Origin: an uncultured bacterium
GTDB lineage: Bacteria > SAR324 > NAC60-12
Assembly: GCA_965662235.1 (NCBI GenBank)
Contig: CBFIGY010000001.1
Location: 1-64,000 of the forward strand
Length of the DNA: 64,000 bases
Reading direction: 5' to 3'
A model generated the notes under the pieces. The model was not told the DNA's origin. It was given only the letters and a program-made list of their open reading frames with translations, and searched no databases. Shown here piece after piece: positions 19,894 through 34,685 of this stretch; within the stretch, counting starts at the first letter, position 1, and each line of letters opens with the position of its first letter. The translations under genes were made by a program, and so were the position numbers.

Positions 19894-21393
19894 ATGAATC
19901 ATCGCTCATTCTGTCTGTTTCTCTCGCTGCTTCTGTTCCTGCCCTTCTTTGCGTCTGCCCAGACCAGCAGCGAGCTGGAACTGCTCATCAGCCAGTCCAA
20001 AACCCGGGCCAAGCTGGTGCAGCGAGTGCAGCAGGCCGTGGTCCACATCAAGGTGGAAAAGATCCTCCGCGATGCACAGGGCCAGCCCCTGAATAACCCC
20101 TTTGACCTCTACAACGACGAGTTCCTCGACCGCTTCTTCCCTGGCATCCGTCCCCCTCGCGATCGGCAACGGCGCAATCAGCAGCAGCAGCCCCGGGACT
20201 TCCGTCAGGAAGGCATGGGGTCCGGTTCGATCATCAATGAAGACGGCTACATCCTCACCAACCACCACGTGGTGGGCGAGGCCGATGTCATCACGGTGAA
20301 GCTCTACGACGGCCGTGAGTTTGAGGCCAAGCTGGTGGGAACGGATCCGGAATCCGACATCGCCGTGGTCAAGATCGATGCCCCCAACCTCCCGGTTCTG
20401 CCCACAGGCAACTCCGATGACGTGGAAGTTGGAGAGTCCGTGATTGCCGTAGGGAACCCCTTTGGCCTGACCCAGACCGTCACCTACGGCATCGTCAGCG
20501 CCAAGGGTCGCTCCAACGTCGGCATCACCGAGTATGAGAACTTCATCCAGACCGATGCCGCCATCAATCCCGGAAACAGCGGGGGGCCGCTCATTAGCCT
20601 CCGGGGAGAGATCATTGGCGTCAACACCGCCATCTACACCCGCAACGGTGGTTACCAGGGCATCGGCTTCTCCGTGCCGATCAACATGGCCCGTGGCATC
20701 ATGAACGACCTCATCAACGACGGTCGTGTCGCTCGAGGCTGGCTGGGAGTTGGCATTCAGGACCTGAACATCGACCTCGCCCGGGCCTTCAACCTCGACA
20801 ACACCCGCGGCTCCTTGGTCACCGGAGTCATGGAAGGCACTCCTGCGGAACGCGCTGGCCTGAAGCAGGGAGACGTGGTAGTGGAGCTGAACGGCCGCGA
20901 GGTTCGGGACAGCAACTACTTCCGTAACGAAATCGCCAACGCCCGCGCCAATGCCACGGTCTCGCTGAAGATCCTCCGCAACAACGACGGCGGCACCCCC
21001 CGTGAGCTGACCTTTGACGTCCTCCTCGACGAGCGTCCCAAGGAACTTTCAGCCGCCCGACGGGAGCTCCTGCAGCAACAACAACCGCAGGAGCCTGACA
21101 CCGAATCCGTGATGGGCTTCACCACTCAGGAACTTACCCCCGAACTGGCCCAGGAGTTTCAGCTCGAAAGCACCGACGGTTTGGTGGTCACCGAGGTCGA
21201 GCCGCGCTCCCCTGCAGAAGACGCCGGCCTGCGTCCCGGAATGGTGCTGCAGGAAGTCAACCGTCAGCGCGTCCAGGACCTGGCAGCGCTCCGGGACCTG
21301 CTGCAGCAAACCGACTTGAAAAAAGAAGGCCTGTTGCTCTATGTTTCCGGAGCCGGCGGCGAACGGTACATCGTCGTCCGCGAAGACCAGTGA
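19894..21393 (+). CDS. degP: DegP/HtrA (Do) serine endoprotease with two PDZ domains
   Basis: Signal peptide, TNHHV, SDIA, INPGNSGG. Confidence 0.9.
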   Translation: MNHRSFCLFLSLLLFLPFFASAQTSSELELLISQSKTRAKLVQRVQQAVVHIKVEKILRDAQGQPLNNPFDLYNDEFLDRFFPGIRPPRDRQRRNQQQQPRDFRQEGMGSGSIINEDGYILTNHHVVGEADVITVKLYDGREFEAKLVGTDPESDIAVVKIDAPNLPVLPTGNSDDVEVGESVIAVGNPFGLTQTVTYGIVSAKGRSNVGITEYENFIQTDAAINPGNSGGPLISLRGEIIGVNTAIYTRNGGYQGIGFSVPINMARGIMNDLINDGRVARGWLGVGIQDLNIDLARAFNLDNTRGSLVTGVMEGTPAERAGLKQGDVVVELNGREVRDSNYFRNEIANARANATVSLKILRNNDGGTPRELTFDVLLDERPKELSAARRELLQQQQPQEPDTESVMGFTTQELTPELAQEFQLESTDGLVVTEVEPRSPAEDAGLRPGMVLQEVNRQRVQDLAALRDLLQQTDLKKEGLLLYVSGAGGERYIVVREDQ

Positions 21394-21590
21394 AGGCTGG
21401 CGCCTCCGTTCCTCGGAGGCTGCACCTGGATCAGCTGATTCAGGACATGGCCACCCTCTTCCGGGAGCAGGGGCCTCAGGACTTCCAACCCCTGCTGGAG
21501 CAAATGGCCACCCACTACGGCACCAGCTCCGACTACCTCCTCAGCCGCGGCTTCCGGAAGGCCTACCGGCAACTCATTGAAGGCGTGTAA
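21390..21590 (+). CDS. Small hypothetical protein
   Basis: Overlaps the degP stop (GTGA) and the next start (TAATG), filling the gap in an apparent operon. Confidence 0.5.
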   Translation: MKAGASVPRRLHLDQLIQDMATLFREQGPQDFQPLLEQMATHYGTSSDYLLSRGFRKAYRQLIEGV

Positions 21591-21919
21591 TGCTCAATGT
21601 GCTCCTCCTGCTGGTTGGACTGCCCTCGCTGGTTCTGGCCGTCTGGACGCTCTACGGGCTTGCCACACGCACACGCCGTCCGGAAGCAACACCTCCCAAG
21701 GCACGGCTGCTGGGAGTCGCTGCCGACTACGCCCACGTGGTCGGCATGCCGGTCTGGCTGGTCCGGACCTTCCTGATCTTCTACGGCGGGCTCGGCATTG
21801 GGTTCATCTTTTACGGCCTCTACTACCTGGTGATGCGAACCCGTCCAGCCCCCGTGTTGACGCCTCCGGTCGAATCGCCTCCTCCCACCATCACCAAGAT
21901 CGAAAGCCACTACCGCTGA
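21590..21919 (+). CDS. PspC-domain membrane protein
   Basis: RLLGVAADYAHVVGMPVWLVR...YGLYYLVM resembles PspC; has an extra N-terminal TM. Confidence 0.65.
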   Translation: MLNVLLLLVGLPSLVLAVWTLYGLATRTRRPEATPPKARLLGVAADYAHVVGMPVWLVRTFLIFYGGLGIGFIFYGLYYLVMRTRPAPVLTPPVESPPPTITKIESHYR

Positions 21920-21920
21920 C

Positions 21921-22679
21921 ATGCCCCTTTCAGGCAGGCGGGTCCTGGTCACTCGCCAGGAGCCTCCCGAGGGAAAGCTGACCCAACTGCTGAAGCAGCA
22001 CCACGCCACCGTCCTGCACCTCCCAACCCTTGCACTGACGGCTCCGGAATCGTGGGACGCGTTTGACGCCGCTGCCGCACGGCTCACCGAAGTGGACTGG
22101 ATCGCCTTCACCAGCCCCTCAGCCGTCCACTGGACCTTCTCCCGCTTGCGGGACCTACAGCAGGTGCTGCCGCCCACCTGTTCCCTCGCAGTGGTGGGTT
22201 CTGAAACCGGACACGCACTTGCTGCTGAAGGCCACACTCCCACTCTGACACCGGACCAGTTTGCAGGCGCCTCCCTTGCAGACGCCCTTCACGCTGCAGC
22301 CACTCCCGGGACCTGCTGGCTTCCTCGATCCACCCAGGCCCTTCCGCACCTGCCAGACGCTCTCCGGGCCCAGGGCTTCACCGTCTGGAGCACGCCGGCC
22401 TACGCCAATCACCCCCGGATTCCCACTCGTCAGGAACTGACGTCTCTTTTTGAGGAAGGCCTAGACTGGGTCACCTTTGCCAGCCCGTCAGCAGTCCAGG
22501 CCTTCTTTGCCTCAGACTACTTCCAGCGCGCTCCCGTTCCCCCCTTGCGTTCTGCCTGCATTGGTGAGACAACGGCACAGGCCCTTCGGGAGCAGGGGGA
22601 ACTTCCTCAGGCCATCGGGAACCCTCAGACCCTCGCAGGAATGGTTTCAGCGATGGTCCGGGCTGAACGTCGCGCTTGA
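21921..22679 (+). CDS. hemD: Uroporphyrinogen-III synthase
   Basis: VLVTR, WIAFTSPSAV, VTFASPSAV, CIGETTA. Confidence 0.88.
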   Translation: MPLSGRRVLVTRQEPPEGKLTQLLKQHHATVLHLPTLALTAPESWDAFDAAAARLTEVDWIAFTSPSAVHWTFSRLRDLQQVLPPTCSLAVVGSETGHALAAEGHTPTLTPDQFAGASLADALHAAATPGTCWLPRSTQALPHLPDALRAQGFTVWSTPAYANHPRIPTRQELTSLFEEGLDWVTFASPSAVQAFFASDYFQRAPVPPLRSACIGETTAQALREQGELPQAIGNPQTLAGMVSAMVRAERRA

Positions 22680-22709
22680 GCAGCGCCCGACTTCCTCACA
22701 GATGATCTC

Positions 22710-23888
22710 ATGCAGCAACTCGTCATCAGCTTCCACGGAGAGCAACTGGCTCCCGTCCTCACCCCTTTGCTGAAGATCCTTGGCGCCCACGAGGCGCAGC
22801 TTCTTGACCTCCGGCACCTGCGCCTCTCCGGAAACCTCTCGCTGATGGCCGTGGCCGCCAGCCCGCCGCACCAGATCGCGCCCCTGGAAACCGCCATTCG
22901 CCAGCTGGCCTCTGAATTGGGAGTTCATGCGCACCTCAATCCGCCGCACTCCACTGCCGCCCCCGCCCACCGCTACATCCTGACCATGCTTGGGGCTCAT
23001 CTGGAGCCAGATGTCCTCCACCCCATCAGCCGATACCTCAACGAGCGTGGCCTGCACGTCATGGGCGTGGCACCGCTGGAGGCAGAAGAGCTCAAGGTCT
23101 ATGAGTTCCGCCTCGCCTCTGAGGAACCGATTGCGCGAGAGCCGTTCATGATTGAGCTGCTGGACCTACGGTTGAAATCCCGGACCGACTTTGCCCTGCA
23201 GGTGGATGACGCCTTCCGGCGACACAAACGCCTGATCGTCTTTGACGCTGACATGACCTTCATTCAGTGCGAGGTCATTGACGAGCTTGGGCGGCTGGCA
23301 GGCGCGGAGGAGGCCATTCAGGCCATCACGCATCAGGCCATGGAAGGCACCCTCGATTTTCAGCAGGCACTCCGGGAGCGGGTCCGGCTGCTCAAGGGGC
23401 TTCCTGTGGAAGAACTGCACCGCCTTGCGCAGCGGCTCCCGTACACGCCTGGCGTCCAACGACTCGTCCACATCCTCAAGACACTGGGGTACCAGGTGGC
23501 GCTCATCAGCGGAGGCTTCGACCTGATCATCCAGCACATTGTCGACCAGTTTCAGCTCGATTACGGGTTTGCCAATCAACTGGAGGTCCAAGACGGACGC
23601 CTCACTGGAGAGGTCCAAGGGGCCATTGTCGATGGTGCTCGGAAGGCCGCCCTCATTGAGATGATTCGGCAGCAAGAGGGGCTGTGCCCGGAACAGGTGA
23701 TTGCCGTAGGAGACGGTGCCAACGACCTGCAGATGCTCACCCAAGCCGGACTCGGCATCGCCTTCAACGCCAAACGCTTTCTGCGGGAACGTGTTTCCAG
23801 CAGCCTGACGCAACCCAACCTGGACGCCATTTTGTACTTTCTGGGATTTTCCCGACACGAACTTGAGGCTTTGCAAAAAGATGCCTGA
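22710..23888 (+). CDS. serB: Phosphoserine phosphatase with N-terminal ACT domains
   Basis: HAD motifs FDADMT, EVIDEL, SGGF, GDGAND. Confidence 0.9.
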   Translation: MQQLVISFHGEQLAPVLTPLLKILGAHEAQLLDLRHLRLSGNLSLMAVAASPPHQIAPLETAIRQLASELGVHAHLNPPHSTAAPAHRYILTMLGAHLEPDVLHPISRYLNERGLHVMGVAPLEAEELKVYEFRLASEEPIAREPFMIELLDLRLKSRTDFALQVDDAFRRHKRLIVFDADMTFIQCEVIDELGRLAGAEEAIQAITHQAMEGTLDFQQALRERVRLLKGLPVEELHRLAQRLPYTPGVQRLVHILKTLGYQVALISGGFDLIIQHIVDQFQLDYGFANQLEVQDGRLTGEVQGAIVDGARKAALIEMIRQQEGLCPEQVIAVGDGANDLQMLTQAGLGIAFNAKRFLRERVSSSLTQPNLDAILYFLGFSRHELEALQKDA

Positions 23889-25140
23889 CTCCTCTTCCTT
23901 CTATTCCTCTGCCGAACTCCTCTCCCTCCAGGAGCGGGGAGTGCGGATTCATGCCCCGGAGCAGACCTTCATTCGACGGGATGTGGACCTGAACCAGATT
24001 GCCCCACACGTCGAACTCTTCCCGGGAACACGACTTGAGGGCCCGAAGACACGCCTCTTCCCTCACGCTGTAATTGGGCGACGCGGCCCTGCACATGTGG
24101 AAGACAGCCTCGTTGGGTCCGGAGCCCTTGTCGGCTCATTAGGGCCCGTGACCCTGGTTCGGACCACCGTCGGGCCCGCGTCGATCCTGGGATCCGGCGT
24201 TGCTGAAGAGGCCGTGTTTCTTGGGAAGGAGACGATGGAGAACGACTTCACCACCGGGATGGGCTTCCGGGTCCGGAAGGGGTCGCTTTACGAGGAAGAT
24301 GCGTCCACTGCTCAGCACACCGACACCAAGATGACGGTGCTCTTTCCGTGGGTCACCTTGGGGAGCAACCTCAACTTCTGTGATGCGCTGGTGTCTGGAG
24401 GAACCGGTCCGGAACTGGGAGCCTTCAGCGAAGTGGGGAGCGGAACCATCCACTTCAACTTCACGGCTCGGGGCGACAAGGCCACGGCTTCGCTGTTTGG
24501 CGACGTCTCTGACGGACTCCTGCTCAACCAACCCCGCTTGTTTCTGGGAGGCAACTGCAGCCTGGTGGGACCACTTGCTGTGGCGTTTGGCACCATCATT
24601 GGCGCCGGATCTCGCCTCACGGGTTCCGTGTCCGCAGGCGTCCACGTGGTCGTCCCTAAAAGCGTCCATCGAGTGGCTCTACCGCCAACCGGCTCCGGAA
24701 AGGCAGAGTGGATCCTCCGGTCTCAGCAGCGCTTCATTGAGCAGCTTCGGCTGTTGGAACTCTGGTACCGGCACGTTCGCTTGCGGCTCTTTCCAGCAAC
24801 AGAGGAACAGCAGCTGGTTTATCAGGCTGGATTGCAGGAGGTGGTTCGGAATACACAGGAGCGCATGACGCGCTTGGAAGGATGGGTGCAGCAAACCCGG
24901 AATGAGTCGCCTCAGGCAGCAGCAGTGCTCGCCCATTGGGAAGCCGAAAACGCTCGGGCCGCCGCTCAGGCCACTGCTGTTCAGGAGGCGCTCCCGGCAG
25001 ACGTCGAAGACGCCTTCGGGGCCGTGAAGGCCGAAGGAGCCCCGGCAACCTACACCGAGTGGGTCCGGGATTCCCGAATCCGCCCGCTGCTGCAGGCGCT
25101 GATCACCCGCTGGCAGCAAATGCTCTCAGTGAATCAGTGA
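23881..25140 (+). CDS. GlmU-related left-handed beta-helix (acetyltransferase-like) protein
   Basis: LQERGVRIHAP start, hexapeptide-like repeats, TLGSNLNFCD, GSGTIHFNF, FLGGNCSLVGP resemble the GlmU C-terminal half. Confidence 0.6.
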   Translation: MPDSSSFYSSAELLSLQERGVRIHAPEQTFIRRDVDLNQIAPHVELFPGTRLEGPKTRLFPHAVIGRRGPAHVEDSLVGSGALVGSLGPVTLVRTTVGPASILGSGVAEEAVFLGKETMENDFTTGMGFRVRKGSLYEEDASTAQHTDTKMTVLFPWVTLGSNLNFCDALVSGGTGPELGAFSEVGSGTIHFNFTARGDKATASLFGDVSDGLLLNQPRLFLGGNCSLVGPLAVAFGTIIGAGSRLTGSVSAGVHVVVPKSVHRVALPPTGSGKAEWILRSQQRFIEQLRLLELWYRHVRLRLFPATEEQQLVYQAGLQEVVRNTQERMTRLEGWVQQTRNESPQAAAVLAHWEAENARAAAQATAVQEALPADVEDAFGAVKAEGAPATYTEWVRDSRIRPLLQALITRWQQMLSVNQ

Positions 25141-25536
25141 GCTCTCGCTGCTGTCTGTGAAGAAGTGCTGCTCGTAGAAGGTGTTCAGGAGCTCATCAAA
25201 CTGGAGCCGAAACTCAGGGTCGTCCAGATTCTCCATCAGATGCGCACAGAACGGCTTCAGCTTGAGCGGAGACTCGGCGCACTGCCGGATGAACTGATTC
25301 GCAAACACCTGCAGCTCCCAGAGGAACTCGTCCTCCGTCATCTCCATCATCAGGTGGTCATGAGGCCGCTGCTCCTGGAGGTCCTGCGCAATCCGGTCCA
25401 CCAGGTTGAAGAAGTCCGGCCCCAGCACCCGGAGGGAGTGAATCTCCCGGGCAGACATGCGGCGGGCCAGATTTTCCTGGAAGGTCCGGTAGGCTCGGAA
25501 CCCGGAGGCGTCTGAATAATTGATGTCTTTGGTCAT
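25126..25536 (-). CDS. Hypothetical protein
   Basis: ATG with GAGGG RBS, typical codon usage; family not recognised. Confidence 0.65.
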   Translation of the reverse strand: MTKDINYSDASGFRAYRTFQENLARRMSAREIHSLRVLGPDFFNLVDRIAQDLQEQRPHDHLMMEMTEDEFLWELQVFANQFIRQCAESPLKLKPFCAHLMENLDDPEFRLQFDELLNTFYEQHFFTDSSESSLIH

Positions 25537-25585
25537 GCCCTCTCTCTTGCGTACAGATTTTGAGAAAGGTCATGCAAGGAGCATG

Positions 25586-25843
25586 TCACTGCTGAGAAGG
25601 AAGCGCAATCGCCTCAGCGGCCAGCAGGATGGGGAGCCCGTCTCGGACGGGATACATGCGGGTGGCTTCTGCATCCACAAGGCCAGACTCTACAGGGTCC
25701 AGCACGGGTGTTCCGGAGGTGGTCTTCAGGGTACCGGACTCAATCGCCTGGTTGACTGCGATCACCTGTTCGGCGGATGCAACCTGCAGCGGCACGTGCG
25801 TTTCAGGACACACCAGAGACTGCGCGAGATGAGGCGTCACCAT
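25586..25843 (-). CDS. Trm112-like protein
   Basis: LVCPET...YPVRDGLPILL. Confidence 0.8.
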   Translation of the reverse strand: MVTPHLAQSLVCPETHVPLQVASAEQVIAVNQAIESGTLKTTSGTPVLDPVESGLVDAEATRMYPVRDGLPILLAAEAIALPSQQ

Positions 25844-25906
25844 ATCGGTTGAGCAGAGAAGGGAGGGTTCGGGCTCCAGAACATGCTTCCAGAGCCCGGA
25901 GGGAGG

Positions 25907-26335
25907 TCAGCGGACCTGAGCCACCTGCTGGCGGACCAGAGCTCGCTTGAGCTTGGCATCGTACTTGGAAAGGCGCTGGCTTTCTGCTTCCCAGTCCTTG
26001 GCGGACAGGTTGATGTGCGACAGCACCTCGCGGGCCTTAGACTCCGCCTGCTTGGCGCGGTCCAGGTTGATGCTTTCTGCCGTTTCTGCAATCTCTGCCA
26101 AAACAGAGATCCGGTTGGCGTCGACCTGGGCGTATCCCCAGTGCACCGCCAGAGCGTGATTCTTCCCGTTGAGGGTGTACATCAGCACTCCGGTGTCCAG
26201 CGTCGTCACCAGGGGAACGTGCTCTGGCAGGATCCCCAGCTGACCGACAGAGCCCGGCAGGGTCACTGAATCCGCCGCCGTTTCCAGCAAGCGCTTGCTG
26301 GGAGTGACGACCTCAAGTTTCAATTGGTTGGCCAT
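25907..26335 (-). CDS. atpC: ATP synthase F1 epsilon
   Basis: LEVVTP, PGSVGQLGILPEH; last gene of the atp operon. Confidence 0.93.
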   Translation of the reverse strand: MANQLKLEVVTPSKRLLETAADSVTLPGSVGQLGILPEHVPLVTTLDTGVLMYTLNGKNHALAVHWGYAQVDANRISVLAEIAETAESINLDRAKQAESKAREVLSHINLSAKDWEAESQRLSKYDAKLKRALVRQQVAQVR

Positions 26336-26349
26336 GATTCCTCTCAGTC

Positions 26350-27780
<1,431 letters not shown>

Positions 27781-28632
27781 TCAGAGCGACTCCGCGCCGC
27801 TGATGATCTCAATAAGTTCTTTGGTAATGGCCGCCTGACGGGTGCGGTTGTAGAAGAGCTGCAGCTTGTCGATCATCTCTCCTGCATTCTTCGTGGCACT
27901 GTCCATGGCGGTCATCCGAGCCGCATGCTCGCCGGCATGCGTTTCCAGCAGTGACGTGTACACCTGGTTCTGGACGTACTTCTCAAGCAGGGTGTTCAGG
28001 ATGGCCTGAGCACTCGGCTCAAAGATCACTTCTCGCTCGTCATCTTCCGTCTCTTCCGGAGGCGTGACCGGGAAAAGGGTGTTGAGGGTGGGGCGCTGAC
28101 TGATCACACTCACGTAGGTGTTGTACGCTAGGTAAACGCGGTCCAGGTCCCCTTCCAGGAAGCGGTTGGCGACGGCATCAATGGCCTGCTGCACCGCCTT
28201 CAGCTCCTCGTGCTCAGGCACCTCGGTGAAGACTTCCACCACGGTGTGTCCCGAGCGCTTGAAGAACTCGTTCCCCTTGCGTCCAAAGACGTACACATCT
28301 GCGGTGGCCACGCCTTCTCGCTCCAGCATCGCGTTTGCCGCCTTGCAGAGGTTCATGTTGAAGCCTCCGCACAGCCCACGGTCGCTGGTCAGCACAATGA
28401 TTGCGGTCCGGTTGCCCTCCGTTTGACGGAAGAGGGGCACCTCGTCTCCGCTGAAGCGGGCGCTGAGGGAAGAAACCACTTTGCGCAGCTCCTCCGAGTA
28501 GGGCTGGGCCGACTTGGCCGCTTCTTCCGCCCTCCGTAGCTTTGCCGCCGACACCATCTTCATGGCGCTGGTGGTCTTTTGCGTCTTTCGGACGCTGTTG
28601 ATCCGGTTTCGGATATCTTTTAAGCTTGCCAT
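27781..28632 (-). CDS. atpG: ATP synthase F1 gamma
   Basis: SDRGLCG, RQAAITKELIEI. Confidence 0.97.
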   Translation of the reverse strand: MASLKDIRNRINSVRKTQKTTSAMKMVSAAKLRRAEEAAKSAQPYSEELRKVVSSLSARFSGDEVPLFRQTEGNRTAIIVLTSDRGLCGGFNMNLCKAANAMLEREGVATADVYVFGRKGNEFFKRSGHTVVEVFTEVPEHEELKAVQQAIDAVANRFLEGDLDRVYLAYNTYVSVISQRPTLNTLFPVTPPEETEDDEREVIFEPSAQAILNTLLEKYVQNQVYTSLLETHAGEHAARMTAMDSATKNAGEMIDKLQLFYNRTRQAAITKELIEIISGAESL

Positions 28633-28677
28633 CCGTCTCTTTCAGTACGTTCGCGGCCGGAGCCTCGACGAAGTTCG

Positions 28678-30192
<1,515 letters not shown>

Positions 30193-30732
30193 TCAACCTT
30201 GGATGATGGATTGACGCACTCGATTCAGCTGATTGCGGAGGCTGCCGTCAATGACGGTGGAACCGATGCGGGTAACAACACCGCCGATGATGGACGGATC
30301 GATTTTGATGGTGACCGACACCTCCTTGCCAGAGGTTTGGGAAAGCTGGGACTGGAGGCTCTGGACCAACTCGGTCGAGGGCTCTTGTGCCACGGTGACT
30401 TCCGCTTCGACTTTGCCCATCGAGGCCTTGACGAGCGCATCAAAGGCCGTTGCGATGTCCGGGGCCAGCAGAATGCGGCGCTTGGACAGGAGAAAACGGA
30501 GGAAGGTTTGCACCTGGGCACCCGTGCCCAGTTTTTCCATGACGGCAACCAAGACCTTTTCCTTGGCGGCTCCGGAAACCCGAGAGGAGCTGAGGCTCTC
30601 ACGCAGGTCTTCGCTGCCGTTGTAGGCATCAGCAAAGTCCTCCAGTTCCTGAGAGACGGCTTCCCGGTTTGCTTCGGGTGCCAGTGCCAGCAGGGCCTTG
30701 GCGTAACGACGAGCGATGACGGATTGACTCAC
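30193..30732 (-). CDS. atpH: ATP synthase F1 delta
   Basis: IARRYAKAL, DPSIIGG...IDGSL. Confidence 0.93.
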   Translation of the reverse strand: MSQSVIARRYAKALLALAPEANREAVSQELEDFADAYNGSEDLRESLSSSRVSGAAKEKVLVAVMEKLGTGAQVQTFLRFLLSKRRILLAPDIATAFDALVKASMGKVEAEVTVAQEPSTELVQSLQSQLSQTSGKEVSVTIKIDPSIIGGVVTRIGSTVIDGSLRNQLNRVRQSIIQG

Positions 30733-31304
30733 AGGGCCTCCTTCGTCTTCAGTTGCTGCACAAAGGACTTCATGAGCTCCTCTTGCTTGGCCCCATTGAG
30801 CTGGGCGTTCATTTTTTCTTCAGCCAGCTTGACGGACTCTTCAGCCATCCACGCCCGCAGCTCCATTTCCGCCTTCCGGCGCTCGCGCTGCAAAGCGATC
30901 TTTGCATGCTCAGCCATTTGCTCCACCTCAGTGCGTCCCAGTTCAACAATGCGTTGACGCTCTGCCTCGGCTTCTTCCCGAGCCCGGACCACCATCGAAG
31001 CCGCTTCCTGCTCCAGCTGCGCCACTTTGGCCCGGAGGTCGACGAGTTCGTTGTCCGCTCGTTTTTCGGCCTCGCGTGCCGACTCAAGGTTCTGGCGCGC
31101 TTGTTGGGCCGAGTTGTTCAGGGCCGCACTGATCGGGGCCTTCCCAAAGCGGTAGAGGATGAAGACCAAGACGGCAAAATTGACAACCTTCCAGACGAAG
31201 TCCAGTGGGCTAGAACCTCCCTCAGCGCCCGCGGCCCAGACGAAGGGGGCCGTCGCGAGCAACAAGCCGGCGCTGGCCAGACCCGCAGTAAACGTGAATT
31301 TCAT
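30729..31304 (-). CDS. atpF: ATP synthase F0 subunit b
   Basis: WKVVNF TM segment followed by a long coiled coil; operon position. Confidence 0.85.
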   Translation of the reverse strand: MKFTFTAGLASAGLLLATAPFVWAAGAEGGSSPLDFVWKVVNFAVLVFILYRFGKAPISAALNNSAQQARQNLESAREAEKRADNELVDLRAKVAQLEQEAASMVVRAREEAEAERQRIVELGRTEVEQMAEHAKIALQRERRKAEMELRAWMAEESVKLAEEKMNAQLNGAKQEELMKSFVQQLKTKEAL

Positions 31305-31339
31305 GGTGACTTGAGTGTGGGTTTCAGTGGGCGGGTTGA

Positions 31340-31819
31340 TTAACTCAACAGTCGAGACACGGTCGCCGTGGCCACCTGGTCCTTCAGAGTTAAAAGCTCC
31401 TTGTGGGCATCCTCAACCTCCGCAGCCAATTCGCTACGGGACTTTTCCAGCATCTCCTCAACAAGGATCCGCTCCTTGGAGATCATCTCCTCGCGTTCCT
31501 TCAAACCAGACTGCTGGATGCTCTGGTGCAGCTCTCCAACCTCAGCATAAGCCTGAGCCAGCCGGGTCTCCACCTCGTGGCGGCTGGACTCGATTTCAGC
31601 AGAAATCTTCTGCACCTTACCTTGGGAGGACTCCACTTCCTGTTCGCGGCTGTCCAGGGTCCGGAGAACCGGCTGAAACAGAAGCTTGTTGATCGCAAAG
31701 ATCATGACCAAAATGATCACCAGAGTGACAACAGGCGTTGCCAGTTGGATGTGCAGGAGGCCAAAGTCGGCAACGACTCCTCCCCATGCGTTCTCAATGA
31801 TCATCTCTTTGTAGTCCAT
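31340..31819 (-). CDS. ATP synthase F0 subunit b'
   Basis: TM + NKLLFQPVLRTLDSRE + coiled coil; first gene of the operon. Confidence 0.8.
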   Translation of the reverse strand: MDYKEMIIENAWGGVVADFGLLHIQLATPVVTLVIILVMIFAINKLLFQPVLRTLDSREQEVESSQGKVQKISAEIESSRHEVETRLAQAYAEVGELHQSIQQSGLKEREEMISKERILVEEMLEKSRSELAAEVEDAHKELLTLKDQVATATVSRLLS

Positions 31820-31940
31820 CTTAGCCCGGATGTAAGGTTTGTTAAGAAAAACGTATTAAGTACCTATTTCTCATAAAAAATTCAAGCTCAAGCTTGCTTT
31901 AAGCCTAAATTTCGTTCATTTTCTACGGATTAACCTCTTT

Positions 31941-32453
31941 ATGCTCCCTACGGCTGCTCCGCTCCCCTTTCGCGTCGGTTCCGGTTTCGATGTGCACGCC
32001 TTTGCCGAAAATCGCGCCCTGATCCTTGGTGGGATTCAGGTTCCCCATGACCGGGGCCTCCTGGGTCATTCAGATGCTGATGTCCTGACCCACGCCCTCA
32101 TGGACGCCTTGCTCGGCGCGCTCGCGCTGGGTGACCTCGGTCAGCACTTTCCAGACACGGATCCGGCTTATCAAGGGGCCGACAGTATAAAGCTCCTAGA
32201 ACAGGTCGTCCACCTGATTCGGCAGCAGGGTTACGTTTTGGGGAACGCTGACCTGACCCTGATCGCCCAGCGGCCCAAACTGGCGCCCCACCTTCCGGCC
32301 ATGCGTCAGAAACTGGCAGCCACGCTTCAGGTGGACCCTGCCCAGGTTTCCATCAAGGCGACCACCACTGAGCGGCTCGGCTTCACCGGTCGAGAGGAAG
32401 GAATCGCGGCCCAGGCGTCGGTTCTCCTCAGCCACACCTCCGAAAAAGCTTGA
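31941..32453 (+). CDS. ispF: 2-C-methyl-D-erythritol 2,4-cyclodiphosphate synthase
   Basis: [28 protein letters not shown]. Confidence 0.96.
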   Translation: MLPTAAPLPFRVGSGFDVHAFAENRALILGGIQVPHDRGLLGHSDADVLTHALMDALLGALALGDLGQHFPDTDPAYQGADSIKLLEQVVHLIRQQGYVLGNADLTLIAQRPKLAPHLPAMRQKLAATLQVDPAQVSIKATTTERLGFTGREEGIAAQASVLLSHTSEKA

Positions 32454-32532
32454 AGCTCTGGTGAGACTCCGCTATTTTGGCGGATTATTCATTTTTGTCT
32501 TTCAGCAGATCACCCTACAAAAGGCACGGAAC

Positions 32533-34638
<2,106 letters not shown>

Positions 34639-34646
34639 GCCCGTTT

Positions 34647-34672
34647 ACGGACGTGGCTTGGGTCACGTCCGT
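34647..34672. terminator. Hairpin between convergent fusA and dctD
   Basis: ACGGACGTG(GC)-TTGG-(GT)CACGTCCGT inverted repeat. Confidence 0.55.
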
Positions 34673-34685
34673 CCCTCCTCCCTGC

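Noticed and set aside
25573..25588. Sigma-54-like TGACATGCTCCTTGCA upstream of the 136-aa hypothetical gene
   Set aside because: The invariant GG at -24 is GA, and it coincides with the Trm112 stop codon.
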